NCBI GenBank assembly: GCA_045863855.1
Contig: BTVV01000005.1
Location: 1 to 64,000 of the forward strand
Direction of reading: 5' to 3'
DNA: 64,000 nucleotides
DNA from: Planctomycetota bacterium
Lineage (GTDB): Bacteria > Planctomycetota > SZUA-567 > H5-PLA8
Part shown: in pieces, positions 62,026-64,000 of the stretch
How the letters are laid out: the number at the start of each line of letters is the position of its first letter
Numbering within the stretch: the first letter of the stretch is position 1
The notes under the pieces: model-generated
Told to the model about the DNA's origin: nothing
The model's database searches: none
Seen by the model: the letters and a program-made list of their open reading frames with translations, nothing else
Program-made: the position numbers and the translations under genes

Positions 62026-63822
62026 ATGCCGGTCATGCTCGAATGCAGAAGCGTCGCCGATCTGATTCCCCCGTACCTCGAAGGTGCGCTCTCGCGCGAC
62101 GAGATCTCCGGCGTACAGGGGCACCTGCGCGAATGCGAGCACTGCCGCCAGCGCGTGCAGCGTTTCCAGCAGGTCCAGCACCTCGCCCAGAGCGTGATCG
62201 GTCCGAGCGTTTTGAGCCCCGACTTTCACATCACCACCGGCAAGCGCATCGAAGCGGTGACGGCATCGGCGGATCCCATTGCGGTCGCGTTCGACGACCT
62301 CGAGCCGGCGCCGCAGGGCTTCATGACGACCGTATCGCGCGGGCTGAGCGTCGCACCGTGGTGGGCGATCAGCGGCGCGTTTCATGCTCTGCTGCTCCTG
62401 TTGCTGACGCTGGTAGGTATGGCCGTATACAAAACCCAGGATCAGACGGTGATCGTGACCGACCTGGCCAAACAGAGCGAGCCCGAGGACCGGATCGAGC
62501 CCGTCAAGCGCGACATCTTCAAGAAGCCCGTCACCATGGATGCCACGATGGAAGTGACGGAGCAAGTGCTGGTGCAGCACGAGGAAGTCGAGATCGCCGA
62601 CCACGTCGAGACCGACCAGCAGATGGACATGAACACGGCGCAAGGCGAAGAGAACGCCATCGCCGACGTCCCGTTGGGCGGGCCGGGCGCGTTCGCCGGA
62701 CTGGGCTTGGGCGGCGGCGGAGGCGGCGCGTTCGGCCACCGTGTGGGCGGCGGACGCCGGCGCGCGGCGCTCAAGAACGGCGGCAGCCTCAAAACCGAAT
62801 CGGCCGTCGACGCGGGCTTGGCGTACCTCGCCCGCGTGCAGGAAGCAGACGGGCACTGGGACGTCAAGAAGCACGAAGCGACCGATGCCAAGCACGGCGG
62901 CTTCGAAGAAGCCGACGTCGCCGTCACGGGCCTGGCGCTGCTGGCGTTCCTCGGTGCGGGACATACCGAGAAGGTGGGCAAGTACAAGGACAACGTCAAG
63001 CGGGCCGTGGATTGGCTGGTGAGCATTCAGAAGGAGAACGGCGCGCTGGGCCCCACCGGGTACGCACACTCGATAGCCGGTATGGCCCTGAGCGAAGCGG
63101 CGGGCATGGGGCGCATCGAACGGACCAAGGAAGCCGCACAGAAGGCCGTGGACTTGGACAACGGCAAAGGGACCAAGTTCGCGGACATCTCCGAGCGCGG
63201 CGGCTGGGGCTACGGCTATACGCAGATGGGCGATGTGCGCGGCGACCTCAGCAACAGCGGCTGGCACATCATGTTCCTCAAGAGCGCCAAAGTCGCCGGC
63301 CTCAAGGTGGATCAGGCCTGCCTGGACGGCGTGCACCGCTATCTCGATGCCGTTGAACGCGGGAAGAAAGAAGGCGATCCGTACAGCGGTAATCTGTATG
63401 TTTATTCTAATGGCATGGGCGACGAAGGCATCAGCCCGCGGCGCACGGCCATGGGCTGCCTGGGCCGGCTCTTCTTCGGCTCCAAGCCCGAAGATCTGGA
63501 AAACGGGATTCAGTACATCATGGAGTCCGAAAAGGCGGGCTACGGATTGCCCAAGCGCCACAAGTGGAACAATCACGTTGAGATGTATTACGTCTACTAC
63601 GGCACGCTGGTGATCTTCCAGGCTGGTGGCGAACGCTGGAAGCAATGGAACGAGGCGCTCCAGGAAGCTCTGCTGCCGCACCAAGTCAAGGACGGCGGCC
63701 CCAAGGACGGAAGCTGGGATCCGAACGCCGGCTACGCGAAGCTTTGGGGCCGCGTCGGCGAAACCGCCTTCTCGGTGCTGTGCCTGGAAGTCTTCTACCG
63801 CTACCTGCCGATGTACCGCTGA
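62026..63822 (+). CDS. zinc-binding (ZAS/zf-HC2) anti-sigma factor fused to a prenyltransferase/squalene-oxidase-type alpha/alpha barrel
   Basis: C..V..LIPPYLEG.L...HLRECEHC; TM WAISGAFHALLLLLLTLV; QW-like repeats QEADGHW, GGWGY, Q..DGSW; TGLALLAFLGAG; YYVYYGT. Confidence 0.82.
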   Translation: MPVMLECRSVADLIPPYLEGALSRDEISGVQGHLRECEHCRQRVQRFQQVQHLAQSVIGPSVLSPDFHITTGKRIEAVTASADPIAVAFDDLEPAPQGFMTTVSRGLSVAPWWAISGAFHALLLLLLTLVGMAVYKTQDQTVIVTDLAKQSEPEDRIEPVKRDIFKKPVTMDATMEVTEQVLVQHEEVEIADHVETDQQMDMNTAQGEENAIADVPLGGPGAFAGLGLGGGGGGAFGHRVGGGRRRAALKNGGSLKTESAVDAGLAYLARVQEADGHWDVKKHEATDAKHGGFEEADVAVTGLALLAFLGAGHTEKVGKYKDNVKRAVDWLVSIQKENGALGPTGYAHSIAGMALSEAAGMGRIERTKEAAQKAVDLDNGKGTKFADISERGGWGYGYTQMGDVRGDLSNSGWHIMFLKSAKVAGLKVDQACLDGVHRYLDAVERGKKEGDPYSGNLYVYSNGMGDEGISPRRTAMGCLGRLFFGSKPEDLENGIQYIMESEKAGYGLPKRHKWNNHVEMYYVYYGTLVIFQAGGERWKQWNEALQEALLPHQVKDGGPKDGSWDPNAGYAKLWGRVGETAFSVLCLEVFYRYLPMYR

Positions 63823-63860
63823 ACCGGGCTCCGGCCGCGATCCCTCGCCGGCCGGCGCGT

Positions 63861-63893
63861 GACGGCGCGAGTTCCAAGCGAACTCGCGCCGTC
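63861..63893 (+). terminator. strong hairpin after the anti-sigma gene
   Basis: 14-bp perfect stem GACGGCGCGAGTTC-CAAGC-GAACTCGCGCCGTC followed by TTCGTT. Confidence 0.6.
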
Positions 63894-64000
63894 TTCGTTA
63901 ATAGCCTTTCGCACTTGTCCTCCCTGCGTCTCGCGGCAGCATGAATCCTTCCATACACAGCGAGGAAGACGGCATGACCCGGCGCGGCGAAGTGCGCGTG

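Noticed and set aside
62026..63822. Squalene-hopene cyclase / terpene biosynthesis gene
   Set aside because: Single barrel, no DxDD motif, preceded by an anti-sigma domain and TM helix, and no isoprenoid genes nearby.
1..64000. Hundreds of long alternative-frame and antisense ORFs in the ORF track (e.g. 8450-10564 +, 30877-32598 +, 59467-61239 -, 62005-63684 -)
   Set aside because: They are shadow ORFs expected in high-GC DNA: Arg/Ala/Pro-rich or antisense mirrors of genes with clear family motifs.
63974..64000. Start of a further CDS (GAGGAAG then ATG ACC CGG)
   Set aside because: Only 9 codons lie in the window, so it cannot be assigned.

Overview
High-GC bacterial chromosomal window, most likely from a Planctomycetota-like lineage. 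This is inferred from the aroD-aroE fusion, a PheT lacking the B2 domain, several ECF sigma/anti-sigma pairs, and PQQ-propeller, HEAT and prenyltransferase-barrel proteins; the window has no rRNA to confirm it. Housekeeping genes include rarA, dinG, hflX, ogt, ygfA, pheT, pheS, rplT, rpmI, clpS, aroDE, maf and an M32 carboxypeptidase. The accessory content is the most interesting part: (1) lower-GC orphan ORFs at the left edge, each bracketed by inverted GGCGGGTGGCC hairpin repeats, resembling a cassette array; (2) an operon of three TMTC-like GT-C glycosyltransferase paralogs; (3) three ECF sigma/anti-sigma pairs with different extracytoplasmic domains (tandem STN-like, PQQ-type propeller, alpha/alpha barrel behind a TonB-like SxxxH anchor), each preceded by an ECF-type promoter motif; (4) a tandemly duplicated divergent AraC/PhyH-dioxygenase module with a conserved intergenic motif; (5) a half-size plus full-length 'MFS/spermidine synthase' pair; (6) secreted proteins sharing an unnamed beta-rich C-terminal domain. 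No tRNA, rRNA, CRISPR array, transposase or integrase was recognised. All product calls come from motif recognition by eye, not database searches.
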